A DNA stretch of 64,000 nucleotides from Lingula anatina (lineage: Eukaryota; Animalia; Brachiopoda). The notes under the pieces were generated by a model. The model had not been told where the DNA came from. It was given only the letters and a program-made list of their open reading frames with translations, and ran no database searches. The stretch lies in contig CM120649.1 of the NCBI GenBank assembly GCA_051362555.1, positions 682,001 to 746,000 of the forward strand, given 5' to 3'. The first letter of the stretch is position 1; each line of letters starts with the position of its first letter. Below, one piece after another: positions 50,610 to 63,179 of the stretch. Both the position numbers and the translations under genes were made by a program.

Positions 50610-51346
50610 GGGTAATTTCAGAAATAGACAAATAGATAGATAGATAGATAGATAGATAGACTTCTTAAGTAAATTAATAGATAGATAAATTAGTTAAATG
50701 CGTACAAAAATGAAATTATAGAACAAATTTAAGCCGAGACAAGTATACACCATATCAAGTAAAAAGATGGGAAGTTAGAAGGAGTTGGCATAGGGCCAAA
50801 GCCAGGCCAGATGGAGAAGCTCGCTGGAAAAAATACTAACCTCAAAAGAACTGGTAAGATTCAGGGGTCTGTAAAAGGGCACAATAGCCAGACCAGTTAA
50901 GAAGATGGCAATCGCAACGCCAACATTTGTCATCCAAAATATCACCCCTAAAAAGGAAAAAATATAAAAACTATTACACACGTTTCAATATGAAAACAGT
51001 TCAGAAAGACAATCAATCCGTTATGAGATATCTCCAGTCTCATTCATACGCTCATATAGAACGTCTCAAAGATAAAAGAAACGGACAAACAAGCAGCAAA
51101 TGCTGAAAAAAAAAACTCACCATGTAAATAGATTTCCGCCGTGTACCCCAAAATCATGATGGCTGACTGGAATGACACCAGTAGAGACAGGGCTATCGGT
51201 ACCAACCCCATCTGTCGGTTTGCAAGCAGGTATTCTTTGGTGGTTTTTTGTCTTCCTCCCACCAGAGAGTAGAAGATGCCGATGGCAGCCGACATGAACA
51301 TAAGAACGCCGAAGACAATGTAGTCCGCTGCGACCAGGCCTCCCAT
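43342..51346 (-). CDS. SLC5 sodium:solute symporter, SMCT/SMVT/NIS-like (~623 aa, 17 coding exons)
   Basis: Motifs DY.VF, EYLLANRQM..PIALSL.VSFQSA, FEYLERRF, GGMKAVLWTDVFQ, RHTFW, NQAS.QR, FSGALSS.SS.MN and ISYMWY. Exons 51346-51121, 50947-50841, 50552-50484, 49933-49882, 49478-49411, 48961-48881, 48626-48553, 48248-48108, 47709-47571, 47281-47193, 46925-46813, 46461-46391, 46089-46003, 45740-45484, 45159-45059, 44040-43871 and 43368-43342 (last one tentative). All are GT-AG and in phase. Confidence 0.92.
44652..44826. mobile_element. Foldback-type MITE with 16-bp subrepeats and 8-bp TSD
   Basis: Arms are built from TCCGAAGGTTCATTGG units in inverted orientation. Termini GGGG...CCCC, flanked by the direct repeat CGAGGAAC (44644-44651 and 44827-44834). 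Confidence 0.8.
50227..50393. mobile_element. MITE family D, copy 1 (5-bp TSD TCTTT)
   Basis: TIR CAGGCCC(A/G)TAGCCAG / CTGGCTACGGGCCTG. Absent from the paralogous empty site near 53350. Confidence 0.85.
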
Positions 51347-52508
51347 ACTGTCTGGCGTCTGGAAAAATAGAGAAAATTGTGGGAATTGAAGAAAAAGAAG
51401 GAATTATTAAGCATAATGATCGTTGACTGTAAGATTGTGCGGTTTGGGAACTTGTTCAGTATTTTTAAATCGTGATTAAAAAGGAGAGTGGTACAGATGA
51501 AGTCCGACAGCCACTGTTGATTTTTTAATAATTATGATTTTTTCAAAAGTTAAAAAGAAAGAAGGTGCTGGGCATCGGATATCACTAAAGATTGTTAATT
51601 TCTGGTCCTTGCTCTTCCTACCACCGGGATGACTCACGGTTGTAAAATTTTAAAGATTATAAATGTTATAAAGAATATTGTAGCTACGTGCGCTTAGCAC
51701 AAATGGGCGTATATAACGAGGAAGGCACAGCGTAGAACACTATGGATCACGTGCCCCCCCCCCCCCTAGTTTTTTTAGGTTTCCCCTCCTCCACCCCAGC
51801 CCACCTGCCAAATCATTTCCCCCCTCCCCCCCCCCCCCCACACACACACACACGCAAAAGAAGGAAATAAGGAAAAAAGAAAAGCAGATTGAATTGACTA
51901 ATGACACAAAAGCTTATAAATCTTAATGCAGAGGTCCACGCCTACTTCACCATCCAACTCTTAATTAGCTAAATTACTTTACAACTGCAATATACTCACA
52001 GATGCAAACATTTTATTGTACTCAAGTTTAACGAGATAAAAGATATAGAGAAAAAAATCTGGTCGTTTTAGTTGCTATTTCTGCATGCTAAATATATAAA
52101 TTTAGGGGAAGTCACGCGCGACCCGTGCCTTCCACTGCCACAAGAGGATAATGTGTCAAAGGGGGCTAAAAGCATATACAAAGGCCGAAGATCGGTCTTC
52201 CGTTAATGCCCATAATTTTAGTTTACTGAGACCCCAATGTAAATCAATGATAGTACACTTTAAAAGTGAGAGAAATGTCAAATGATTTAGACCAATAAAA
52301 TACTCTCTATTAGTGGACTCTCGAGAATTACCCTATACTATACCAAACTAACGTTTTACCGAACCTTGTGCCTTTAAACTTCGAACGTTATACTTAAGCG
52401 TTTCACTGGTATGTTACGAGAATGACAGCATAATGCCTCGGCTTTCACGTAAGAGAGTTACCTAAACGCCCGCCCCCCTTCGCCAAATATCAATTAACTC
52501 CGCATATA

Positions 52509-52776
52509 CACTAGGGATTCAAAGGGGGGGGTGAAGGGGGTCCTGATCCCCCCTTCGATTTCTGGCGAATTTTGACTAGCTGAATCATATTTCTAAACCG
52601 TACCAAATGGCACCGTTCGCCCTCTAAACTACCAAAAATTTTGGGGTCTTTTAGACGGCCTCGAACCACACGCCAAGTGTGTGTGTGCGAGAGAGAGAGA
52701 GAGAGGGGGGGGGCGGCTTCACATCCGCGGAACCCCCCCCCCCCCCCCCCTTCAAATAATCCTGGATCCACCCCTG
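52509..52776. mobile_element. Interspersed repeat family F, copy 2
   Basis: Homologous to 42430-42632. Confidence 0.7.
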
Positions 52777-52879
52777 AATGTAGCGTCCAACCTCTTAAGC
52801 ACACCGGTACATCTCAACGTGAAAAGACCTTAAATCAACTGAACACGGTTTTAGCAGATTCACTTAAATGTTTACTTAC

Positions 52880-52990
52880 CTGTAGGTCCTTAAATAGAGT
52901 GGATTCACAGGTGTTTGAAAGAGGTGTCAAGTCGGTATGATTTCGTTCGACTGTTATGTACGCAGATGCTCCTGAAATCCCTTTAAAATG
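52880..52990 (-). promoter_or_regulatory. Probable non-coding first exon and promoter of the SLC5 gene
   Basis: Strong minus-strand donor CAG|GTAAGT at 52880/52879, with acceptor TTTTTCCAG| at 51359 just before the ATG. TTTAAA element near 52985. Confidence 0.45.
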
Positions 52991-53238
52991 CGGAGTGCTG
53001 CCTCCTTATGGTCTTGAGTATACCTCGATAAGATACTTAAGTTTGATGTAAACATCTCTGTTTACTAGTATCTAGTTTACTACGGGTATCTATGCCATTT
53101 CTACATCACGGAGTGAACCTTCTGATAACTGGGTTGGACCTTGGGCGATTTAAACGCTGCACATGTATTCGTACAAGATTTAAAGTATACGCTACAAACA
53201 GGCTAAACAAGCAGTAAAATCTAAATGTTATTACGACC

Positions 53239-53493
53239 GATTTTTAGCTGGAAGAAAAAGTAGGCCATATTGAAAATTAAAAACACATGCTCTTCAACTT
53301 TAACACTTTTAGCTTTTAAACGTGTATGACGCTAGCAGCTAAATATATTTTGGACGATAAAACTGCTTTGCATGGTTGACTTCAGGCTTTGTGTGCCACT
53401 TAATAAATGCGCGTGTGTGAACGCGCGCGGGTCTGCACCAACGCACCCCGCCTAGTAAACCTATGAACGACCCCCCCCCAGGACAAATAATAA

Positions 53494-53547
<54 letters not shown>

Positions 53548-53601
53548 TATCAGTGGTAATTTCAGAGAGATAGATAGACTATTAAGTAAGTTAATAGATA
53601 G
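53239..53601 (-). pseudogene. Decayed duplicate of SLC5 exon 3 and its flanking introns
   Basis: Colinear with about 50117-50685, including the (AAT)n and GATA tracts. Retains GSFIGLLGG|GT (gene has GSFMGLLGG|GT); the 5' half of the exon and its acceptor are deleted. Confidence 0.8.
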
Positions 53602-53693
53602 CAGAAAAGGAAAGCAGAAGAGACGCTAACTTTGCAATCTTTTTAAGAATATTATTATTTTTAACCTATTCATCTTTTTATTAATTAATTCAT

Positions 53694-53732
<39 letters not shown>

Positions 53733-54148
53733 TTTTCTCTGTATACAGAACTTCTCGTAGCTTTACAAACCTCTACTATAATGAAGATTTATTTCAGAGA
53801 GATAGCGGTCATAATCTTTATCTTATTGTTTAAACGTGCACAAAATAGAAAAACTCGAGTTCGGATGCCAATTGCTTCAAATAAAGATGTCAAAAAAGGC
53901 AGAAGTGGGTTTGTATGCAATGAATACAACAGAGGCGCCACGGTTCACTTTCTTACTATTGAGTTCAGTTTAACGGTAAACAACAGACGTTAGTATCCGT
54001 CTTCTCTTCTCGTTTAATGTTTTTAATAAACTTCACACGTTTTTTATCAGGGAATGCATTACACATGTACACGCAATGGGGCGCTTAAGGAAAACTTTGA
54101 AAAAACAACATTTCAGTCACCATTAAACGCGAGAAGGCGAGTTTTCCA

Positions 54149-54281
54149 TACCCACTACCAGGGTGACTGATAGATTTTTACAGATATTCACAGATATGTC
54201 AGCCCAAAATGACCATCTATCTAGCTAGAGACATATCTGTGAATATCTGTAAAAATCTATCAGTCGCCCTGGTAGAAGGTA
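54149..54281. mobile_element. Palindromic MITE family E with ~9-bp TSD
   Basis: About 50-bp near-perfect inverted arms (CTACCAGGGTGACTGATAGATTTTTACAGATATTCACAGATATGTC). Flanks AGTTTTCCA / AGTTTTCCC. Partial copies at 39871 and 62541. Confidence 0.8.
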
Positions 54282-54895
54282 AGTTTTCCCCAGTATTGAC
54301 GCACAACCAAGAGAGAGGGGGAGTTAAGAGGAGAAGGTAGCTCGAGAGAGTAATAGGAGAGAACCAGTGGGTCAGATAAGACCTTCTTCCCAATGAAACT
54401 ATCGTTTTACGTAGGTCCCTCCAACTCCACGGGGACTCTCGCTGAATGCAATCAGCTTAACAGATCTCCCTTTGGCATTGTGTAGAATTCTGAAACGCTG
54501 GCGATTATACGAGCAAGTTGGAAACAAGAGGAGACGTGTTAATCTGTTAATTTAATATCATTCAGCAAGAGTGCCCTCAGAGTTGGATCCATCTAAGTAG
54601 AAAGACAGTTTAATTGTTAATGAGCCTATAGAGATGTATTTCGCACGCGCGCATGTGTGTTTGTGTTAATCTTAAGAAGAGCATTAGTATGTGTCGGTCG
54701 GTACACTTGGACCTGTTGAAGAGGGTAGAATACTGTTTAACTTTATCAGAGCTACTATTTAACGAGCATTTACCAGCGGGTCGACAAGGTTTTGAACTTT
54801 CAGCCGCGCTTTGTTTACAAATGATATGGCATTCAAATGAGTTAATTATTTACATTTTCTTAGGGGAGTGGGGCTTGACAAAGCGACATGTTTCT

Positions 54896-55078
54896 GAGCG
54901 CATTCTGAACGGCGGACTAACAGATCGGCTAATCAAATATGGCGCCCCACTAAAAAGATTGCCTTGATTCCCGTTTAGACACTGAATAGATTCTCTGTGG
55001 GCATTACGCAACAAGCATTCAAGTGAGTCGGCCATATTTGATCCGCGGATCTGTTAGTCCGCTGTTCTGAATACGTTC
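54896..55078. mobile_element. MITE family A, diverged inverted copy
   Basis: CATTCTGAAC.GCGGACTAACAGATC..ATCAAATATGGC / GCCATATTTGATC..GATCTGTTAGTCCGC.GTTCTGAAT. Confidence 0.7.
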
Positions 55079-55161
55079 TCTCATGTGATCTCAAATAGAC
55101 ATATCTCTTTCCCAAAAATGCTTTAAGTTTTCATAAAATTGGCCGTGCTACGACTTCCCTT

Positions 55162-55224
<63 letters not shown>

Positions 55225-56002
55225 AGAGAGAGAGAGATAGAGAGAGAGTATATGTCGTTGCGGTCTCCACATTTAGAAATGCATTTTTCACACCTAACAC
55301 ATTTAAGCGCCGCACCAGCGTGTACCACCAGGGCCTGCATCTGCCTTGGGTTAGTCTAGTTCTGTACATATAGGTCTATTATTATTATTTTATTATTTTT
55401 TTACTATTATTATTGTGCTTTTTGCATGGCATTTTTTATTTTCTCTTCGGGGTGAAGGGGACTGCCCCTTAAGCATCATCGGGTGTTAGATAAATAATTT
55501 AGTTTTATATGATATAATATGAAGCAATTCCCTTGAAACCAGTGAACAAGATCTCCCATCTGGATGGGAAATTAATTTAATATCTGCCTGACCTACAAAT
55601 GAAAAAACGCGTTGCTTAAAAGGGCTTGGGGCTAAACAAGTGCGTTAATGTTGATTTCCTCATTAAAATTCATAGATGCGTGTCAAGCGTGACACAGATA
55701 ACACTTTCCTATCGCTCTATTAAATATATGTGACCGTTAAGTCCTAAAACAGAAACTGTCAGTAAGAAAGTAAGAATAACAATAGCTCTTTACCAATATA
55801 GAGCTGAACACAAGGAGAAAAGATGGGATTTAAACACCGTAAGTACTGCTATAGACTTAATTACACTTGTTATTGTGTCTATGTTGGTTTGATACACATA
55901 CGGTTAGATGGTGAAAAGGTCATAAAAATACAGAGAGGATTTTGGCTAGTGTCTGCTCTGCTATTTTTCAATTACTGCCACATTTTCGCTAGGGAGAATA
56001 TA

Positions 56003-56176
56003 CGGGCCTGTAGCCAGCAATTTCAAAAGGGGGAGGGGTCTTTTATGAAAAGTGAACCTTATACCATGAAACCTCCGTATTCCTAGATAAAACTTTACCC
56101 AAAAGGGACTTTTTTGCCAGCAAAGGGGGGATTCTTTTGAACCCCCCCCCCCCCGACCCCCCTGGGTACAGACCTG
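56003..56176. mobile_element. MITE family D, copy 2 (5-bp TSD ATATA)
   Basis: Homologous to 50227-50393, with ATATA on both flanks. Confidence 0.8.
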
Positions 56177-56840
56177 ATATAGTTATCATTTGAAGATCAC
56201 AGCAATATGTCGTGGGTTACAGGTACATGTAGCAATGACGAGTACATTTATTCTGAGTCGTTAAGAGAGGGTTTTAGTGCTGGTTAGTTTTATATGGAGA
56301 GTTTTATCTTACACCTGTCCCATTATAATATGTATAAAACACAAGCCATTTTGTCTGGAACTCTAGGCGTTATTCTTTTCTAAAGACACATCATTCAACA
56401 ATGGATCCACTCGTGTTAAATGCAATGCAGCCAGTGTAAGCAAACTTGAATTTCTAATTTTTGGAAACAAAAACTGGTTCTAGGCTACAAAGAATTACTA
56501 AAGAGAGCATTTCTGTAAGAAATAATTAATGCTGTGGTGGTAGTAATCAGGATATAAGTACATTGTCTCTTCTCCGTCTGTGTGAGGTAAGTTGGTGTCT
56601 GGCGTCCTCTACTACCACCAGGCTTAATAAACTTCTCGTGCTGAGGTTAATTAATGTATGGAGCTGTCCCAATGTGTCTGGAACACGCAAACGGTTTAAC
56701 ATGTGGTATTAGATTAGAAATAATTCACTGGGTTTTTGTTTGTTTTATATTATTATTATTATTATTATTATTATATTTTTAGGCTTGTGTTTGATAACTT
56801 TCATGTATGATCCAACTACCAAGCTAATGAACATTTTTGC

Positions 56841-56872
<32 letters not shown>

Positions 56873-56960
56873 TTATTCGTTTTTCTTCTGTGTATTCTTC
56901 CGTGTGTATGTGTATGTGTGTGTGCGTGTGTGTATGTGTGTATGCGTGTATGTGTGTGTG

Positions 56961-56991
<31 letters not shown>

Positions 56992-57242
56992 CAGGGACGT
57001 AGATACTCGGTCTCATTTACTGCTGTTTACATGTATCTAGCTTCTATGACTTCATCTGGTTCTCTTCAGTGCCTCGGGAGCAAAATGCCTTTGTTTTACT
57101 ATTTAACTCGGTAACTCTTGACAACCTCACATTTCACCCCAGGACAAGTAATTGTTTGAAAAACCCTGTAACTGGAGTGTGCTAGCACTGTAAACCTAGT
57201 ACAATATGGTACCTGGAAGGACGTATTCACGACCAAAGTTAA

Positions 57243-57403
57243 TCCGCGGACTTGCTTTCTCCGTGGATCAAATATGGCCAATCCACTTGAAAGCTTGCCG
57301 CGTGTTCCCCGCAGGGAAACTATTCAGTGTTTATTAGGGGGTCGTGCTGCAAGCTTTCAAGTGGATCAACCATATTTGGTCCACGGATCTATTAGTCCGC
57401 GGA
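57243..57403. mobile_element. MITE family A-related element
   Basis: Inverted arms TCCGCGGACT..GTGGATCAAATATGG..ATCCACTTGAAAGCTTG / reverse complement. Confidence 0.65.
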
Positions 57404-59454
57404 TCAACAGGCTGTGATGGCGGCTAAAATATATATATATATAGACCTATTGCGCATGACGTCATGACCGTGTCAAGAAACTGGGTTCTGGGTAACAATC
57501 AGACTTCTCCCTCCATTAGATTGGTATAGGATAGGGATGGCGTGACGTCAGTGGGTCAAAATCTTAGCAATGGGAACTGGAGAGCAGTCTATCATAGGGG
57601 GAGTCTCTACACCGACACATGGAACCTCCATGTAGGCCTATGTGTTGATAAGCAAAGCTAAACCATATAAGAAATTGGTATCGTTATTTTTCTTGACGTG
57701 ACATTAACGGCTCATTAAAAGATGTCGTAAAGTATTATTTTAGTATAGATACAAACTGTACCTAACTCCCCATTCAGACTAAAAACTTCCGTTCTTTCAG
57801 ACTTTTCTATCTTCCCTTTCGTTAGATCCTGCGGTGACTTCATTCACGAACATTTGCTGACACATTTTTACTTTTCTTGTTTCACTGATGGAAGGTAGTG
57901 ATTGCAGAACACAATAAGGGGGAATTGCCAAAGACAATATTAAAACCATGAAGTTTGTTCCGAAAGGAATTCCACCGAGATGCCGATCATTTAAACCGCG
58001 TGTATTATTTGTAATAATTGTTTTTGACAAGTTTACTTCCTCATTTAAAGTTTAAATAAACACCACTTGACTCAGCTAAAAAAAGTGGACTTTCTCCCGA
58101 ACTTCCTGGTACGTGATTGCTTATCCATTATACTTTTAATATTTTTCCTTTTTTGCCAATTTTTTGGCAGCTGCGTGAGCATCAAAACAATAGATGCGCG
58201 TTGCATTGTGGGTTCTAAAAAAAGGCGTTGCTTTCCAAAGCATCAAAAACAGTTCGTATTTTCGCTTTCCGCAGCAGGTCGTCTGCTGTCGTATTTAAAC
58301 GGAAGTGACGCATGCGCAAAATCGCTATAGAGTCCATTATAAGTCGTGTATAAGTTGTGTCCTGAGTAAGGGTGTCTATTTCGTGGTAAGCACCCAGTCG
58401 TTCAAATGGTAATAAACTGCCACCTAATGGAAATATTAAACCCATTGCCGTCGTGAATGTCAATGCTGCAGCCCATGTGGTGAATCCCACCAATAGTGTA
58501 TGTGTATATTAAACGTAAGAACCTTTGTGTTGCCCGTGTTTAGTTAAAATAGTTATTTTATCAGTTTTGCTTTTTCTTTCTTTACATCGCTTTCTACTTG
58601 TAGATATTACAATGTGTTTTTTAGAAGGATCGGATGGTGCGTCATGGGTGACCAAACACCCTTTTACAATTCCACTTCTGTCTTCATTTAGTTTGTCTTC
58701 TTTTAGAATGCCGTTGCACGTATTGAAGATCGTGCGTTTATCTCTCCCCTGTTTCTGCACCAGTCTCCCCTTTCGTCGGCGAGTGAATCACAGTTTAATC
58801 TCTGCACATTTACAATACACTAACACCACCACTTTGACATGCAATTTTGTCACGACCCCTCCCCCCCCCCCCCCCCCCCCCCAACATAAGTATAATATTG
58901 AATTCGGGTTGGTTTAGGCGTCTTTTGTCCATATCAGGGATCGTCAAACCAGTTGCTCTTGTCTGTTTCCAGGAATCGGGTATGATCTGATATATTCGGC
59001 CATTTTTTTGCATTTTACTTTATAGGGCCTATTCCTAGAAACTGCATCATCCAAGTTAACCCTACAATTAGGATATCTTGGATCCTAGCCTACAACCATG
59101 CATTCATACAAGTTATAAAATAAAACAAACATGTGCATGCATACTTCTTTTGACTTACATCAGGACTTGTATGACAATATTATTTCTTACTTTCACATAT
59201 GAAATTCACTTGTCTCCATCTCTATTTCATTTACTGCTTAAAAAATAAAAGCTTAGAAAAAATAACGTGAGGATCGCCTTTTGGGCACTGCTTTAGACCT
59301 GTACGGCTTACATGTATGTTATGATGATTATCGGTAGTTTAGAGCAAAATGCTGAAATTCCAAGAAATAATTCAATTGCAAATTAAAGTTCCAAAGTTAA
59401 TTGCTTTAAAATGTGGACTTTTTAAAAATATGATTCTTGATTCGTGAATGTACC

Positions 59455-59562
59455 TGGATCAATTTTTACCCAAAACGGACCTTTTTCCGGCAAAAAGGAG
59501 AGTTGTGCTTTCGAACCCCACGACCCCTCCACCCCACCCCCCAAGGGGGGGGTACGGGCTTG
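59455..59562. mobile_element. MITE family D, truncated copy
   Basis: TTTACCCAAAA.GGACCTTTT...TTTCGAACCCC...TACGGGCTTG matches the right half of family D. Confidence 0.55.
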
Positions 59563-60941
59563 GTATAATATAAAGGCTCAGAGGGCACTGGTCTTCTGTT
59601 CTTTCTTCTATCTCTGCACTGACATCTACCACACATCACGTCGCGTTCTATTGTACGTATGACTGGGCAACCTCTATCAATTAATGTATCTTCTTCTGGG
59701 TGACTAAAAAACAAAACACATCAAGGCCGAGTCATGAAAAATGCTATCAACATTCCCATCTTTTTCCTTTCTCTCCTAACAATAATTTGACCTAATTGTT
59801 TTACTGTGCCCCCTTCAACCGCTGATAATGCGGTATTCCTTGAGCGTCATACGTGATTATATGTTTAAATATTCAAGAGGTCCATAGAAAAGGCTACTAT
59901 CTGTAGTAAAAGCTAACTGTCCTGTGAAGACAGTCGAGTATTTTGCTTGTTCTCCACTGACGACCTTTTATCATGCACTTTACTCAGGAAAATAAAAATA
60001 TGAGAAACAGTCACGAAAAACCCGGGAGCCAAATTCCATTATGCTTGCCCCGGGCCTGTATATTTCATACACTGATCCATATCTAAGCGTATTCAAGATT
60101 TCGTTCTGATAACAGACGTTGCAGGGCACGTTGGAGGGATTCAAGGCCCCCGGGGTGGATGATAAGGAAGACGCGTGTGATCAACCTAAGTAGTGACTAA
60201 GGAGTCGTAGTTATCTCACAGAACTACATTAAATCGAGGTTTAATATACGCACTAGGTTTAGAGGAGCATCAGACGCCGGACGCACTGTCACACTCTCTC
60301 TCTCTCTCCCTCGGTCGCCGACCCACCAAGCAGCAGATCTTTAGCACTGCTTTAAGTTCACTTTTATTAAGTACTTGTGGTTGTCTGAAAGATGTCGTAC
60401 GCAGGGTCTATAGGAAAGGAGTCGGACGTATCAGGAGGTAGGATTCATTTTTAAATTTATCCTAAAAGGATGGTTTTCAAAAAAAATTGCGTGTGTGTCA
60501 TCTCGTACCTGCAACCATATTAGAAGCGGTGGATGCGGTACCTTTTTTGAGGGACGAAAACGATATGTTAACCATAGCTGCCTGTGATTTAGTTTGTGTT
60601 CCCATTCACGTAGCTATAATATTTAAAAGCCTGTGGTGTTTTTAGCAATATACAATATTAGAAATCGTAGAATTCGTACGTAGGGAAAGGGCAACGCCCC
60701 AGTTGCTACTGCTGCCGTCTGAACTGAAAGGACTTTCCAGGTTTGCAAATGAATTCTGTTAAAGCTTTATAATACACTGTAAATCAACGAATCTAGTTGT
60801 AATGCAGTTGGTTGATAAAGTGATTTTGAAAATCAGTAACAGGGAAATGTGTATGTACATTTGATGCATGTGATGGATCTTTCCTTTATCTTGAATAGTT
60901 TTGAGTAGTAAGGGGTAACTTCGAAACTTCTTCATATGATG

Positions 60942-61115
60942 CAGGCCCGTAGCCAGGGAGGGGGGGGTTCGGGGGTTCGAAAGAACCGCCCCTTTTGCTG
61001 GGAAAAGGTCCACTCTGGGTAAAATTTGATCTATGTACATAAAGTTTTTTATGGAAAAAGGTCCACTTTTTCAGAAAAAGAACCCCCCCTTTTGAAATTG
61101 CTGTCTACGGGCCTG
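60942..61115. mobile_element. MITE family D, copy 3 (inverted, 5-bp TSD TGATG)
   Basis: CAGGCCCGTAGCCAG...CTGTCTACGGGCCTG, flanked by TGATG on both sides. Confidence 0.85.
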
Positions 61116-62540
61116 TGATGTAATGTACATGTAAGTCAACGTTAATAAAATAAGAAATAACGATTGTCGTAAAAATTTAAATAACTAAAGCTATAGCACC
61201 GTCCTTTCTTATACGCTGTAGTTCGTGACTGTTTGAAAAAAGTTCCTTTCTTTCCTTCAGTTAATGTCACGACAAACATTCCTTTTGTTCAGTTAAAGTG
61301 CTTTAAAAGACATTTATATTTACATAATTTCAATGTGATGCTAGACCACGGAGTTCATTTTAAAAGTAGCCTAACAACATAAATATTCGTCTCCATCGTC
61401 TTAAAAACGACCATTAGCTTTACATCATTTGAACTCAAGGAACAATATGCCATTTACTTCATAAAACTTACAAGAAAAAGGGGGTCATTATGATGGTAAC
61501 CCCATTATTAGCGTTATTGCATAACACAGGGCTGACATTATAAGCATAACTTAAGATCACATTATCACGGAACTGTCCTGTCCTTACATATTCATTAGAG
61601 AGACACGGGACTAATTCATTATACTTACTAATTATGATGGGCATAATACGGCCACTGTCCACACTGGCACGTGAATTATACAGGGAATGTATTATCTACA
61701 TATCATTATTGTATGCGGAGATGGATTGTTGAATTAAGAAATGGGGGTCGGGGTGATGATTCGGTCAACCCCAAAAGCGAATGCATCTATCTATAATATT
61801 ACATTTGACTTAATTTATCTCGTCTCCCAGCCACGAATCGCTCAGTTCTTTTACATTTGGTCAAAGAAAAGTGAACAGTAGTTGGGGGGATACACCCACC
61901 CACACCCAATTTGCCCATACACCTAATTGCTCACAAACAAAAGAATCCATGTACCTTTTGAATCACACCTGATAGTTATATATCCAGTAGTGGGGCTTAG
62001 TAATTATATACGCTAATTATGGTCCAACACGCCACGTGGAGCTGACAAGAAGGGATGAAGAGGGCGATATGGGGAATAATGAGCCTTTTCTTCTCAGAGG
62101 TTGTCCTCTGGCATGGCCGTGAGGGTGATTATCTTCTATGATAAATTCTGACGTCTCCAAAGATTGCCTTGTGACATACATTTATAACCTGGTATGATGG
62201 TATAATGCATTGGCGTAGGGCTGGAGAGACTGAGGGAAGGGGGGGTAAGCCCCACCCCACTGTTTTCAATTGAGTCATGATTGCAGAAAGAAGGGGACTA
62301 AAGGGTACCTTTCCAGGTTGCCATGTATATATTTTTTCTGAATGGTTACCGCTTCTGACCCCCACCTTACACACACACGCAAACACACACACACGCGCGC
62401 GCGCGCGTGCACCATTAAAATTTCAGCATACCTGCCGAGGTTAGGAAAGTGTAGGAATATTTCTGCACAAGTGGGTGACTGATAACCTCTGCCAACGCCT
62501 CAGTTATTATTGTGGACATTTTTGCTGAATCGACATCAGA

Positions 62541-62620
62541 CCAAAATGACTGTCTATTTATCTAGAGACCTATCTGTGAATGTCTTTGAAAAATCAATCT
62601 GTCGCCCTGGTAGAGGGTAG
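62541..62620. mobile_element. Family E partial copy
   Basis: CCAAAATGAC...TATCTGTGAA...GTCGCCCTGGTAGAGGGTA. Confidence 0.6.
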
Positions 62621-63129
62621 GTGACCGATACCGATAGCCAGGAGGACCCAAAACACGTAGGGCGTATTTACAGTTCGGGGAGGGGTGTTGTTACATCAAG
62701 AAACAACAGCAAGAGACAGGGTTTTATTAAAGTAGTCCAGGGATGATTCCTTTTAAAGAGAGTGACGGCAGTCTTGGGTTTAGAATTCTATTTAGTTGTA
62801 ACATCGTTTTCTGCTCAACAATTTAATTTTTTTACTTAAACAAACTCTTGTTACCTTACAATGATTCAGTCACAAACAAATGTCAGGGTGGGGTTAGCCT
62901 CTACCACGTGGCCATCTTTAGTGGTTCTTCCTTTTAAAATAGAAGACGATTGTTTGCCCTAACCACCAGCATAATAAATGCATAATAAATGGCTCATTTT
63001 CGTGACACCTGCGTTTAAGGAGTCCCCGAGTAAATTATATGTATGTGTACTTGTGAACAGACGAGTGAGGTGTGTGGCTCTTTAATATGAAAAGATGATT
63101 TTTTTCCTGATAACATTATGTTTTTGTCC

Positions 63130-63179
<50 letters not shown>

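Noticed and set aside
57985-58030. IITNNTRGLN resembling the L1/Tx1 endonuclease start
   Set aside because: The downstream LQETH and GDFN motifs are missing.
60392-60437. Possible first coding exon MSYAGSIGKESDVSG|GT on the + strand
   Set aside because: No supporting downstream exon is recognisable in the window.
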